Shown here: positions 63,809-64,000 of the stretch, in pieces
Numbering within the stretch: position 1 is the stretch's first letter
How the letters are laid out: each line of letters opens with the position of its first letter
DNA from: Lingula anatina
Lineage: Eukaryota; Animalia; Brachiopoda
Direction of reading: 5' to 3'
Assembly (NCBI GenBank): GCA_051362555.1
Contig: CM120640.1
Location: 28,854,503 to 28,918,502 of the forward strand
Length of the DNA stretch: 64,000 bases
Program-made: the position numbers and the translations under genes
Notes under the pieces: generated by a model
Databases searched by the model: none
Told to the model about the DNA's origin: nothing
What the model saw: only the letters and a program-made list of their open reading frames with translations

Positions 63809-64000
63809 GCAAGTGCAGTGTTTGATTGGAATTGGATGCCACTATGTAAACTGCACTGTGTTCGGGCTCACTGTAGAATAGGAAAATTAATTACAATTGT
63901 TTGACATATTTTGCATGGTTGTGGAAAATGAAAAAAAATGTTCCCTTCACTTTCTAAATTTGACACTGATTTTTCGAAAAAAAAAATTATTTGGTAAGAA

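Overview
AT-rich animal genomic DNA with GT-AG introns. The repeat types suggest a marine invertebrate, possibly a lophotrochozoan, but the species cannot be determined from the sequence. I reconstructed six spliced genes by hand: the 3' end of an ADAMTS-like (punctin/MADD-4 type) gene (+), SAXO1/FAM154 (-), EFL1 (+), SMUG1 (-), CHSY1 (-; two coding exons split by a 21-kb intron) and the 5' part of RPRD2 (+). SAXO1/EFL1 and CHSY1/RPRD2 are head-to-head pairs. Introns carry a family of fold-back PIF/Harbinger-type MITEs (one nested inside another), a Helentron/DINE-like element with 159-bp satellite units, a Penelope GIY-YIG remnant flanked by inverted hammerhead-like repeats, and an RTE LINE split by a local duplication. 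The most unusual observations are: (1) SMUG1 carries a ~420-aa Q/N/Y/S-rich N-terminal extension with several SUMO-consensus motifs; (2) a candidate orphan gene at 30.8-31.5 kb only reads through via a 25-nt GT-AG intron or a +1 shift; (3) the CHSY1 C-terminus looks altered. No prokaryotic systems, CRISPR arrays, tRNA or rRNA were seen. All exon and family calls are by eye and from recalled family motifs; no database search was run.
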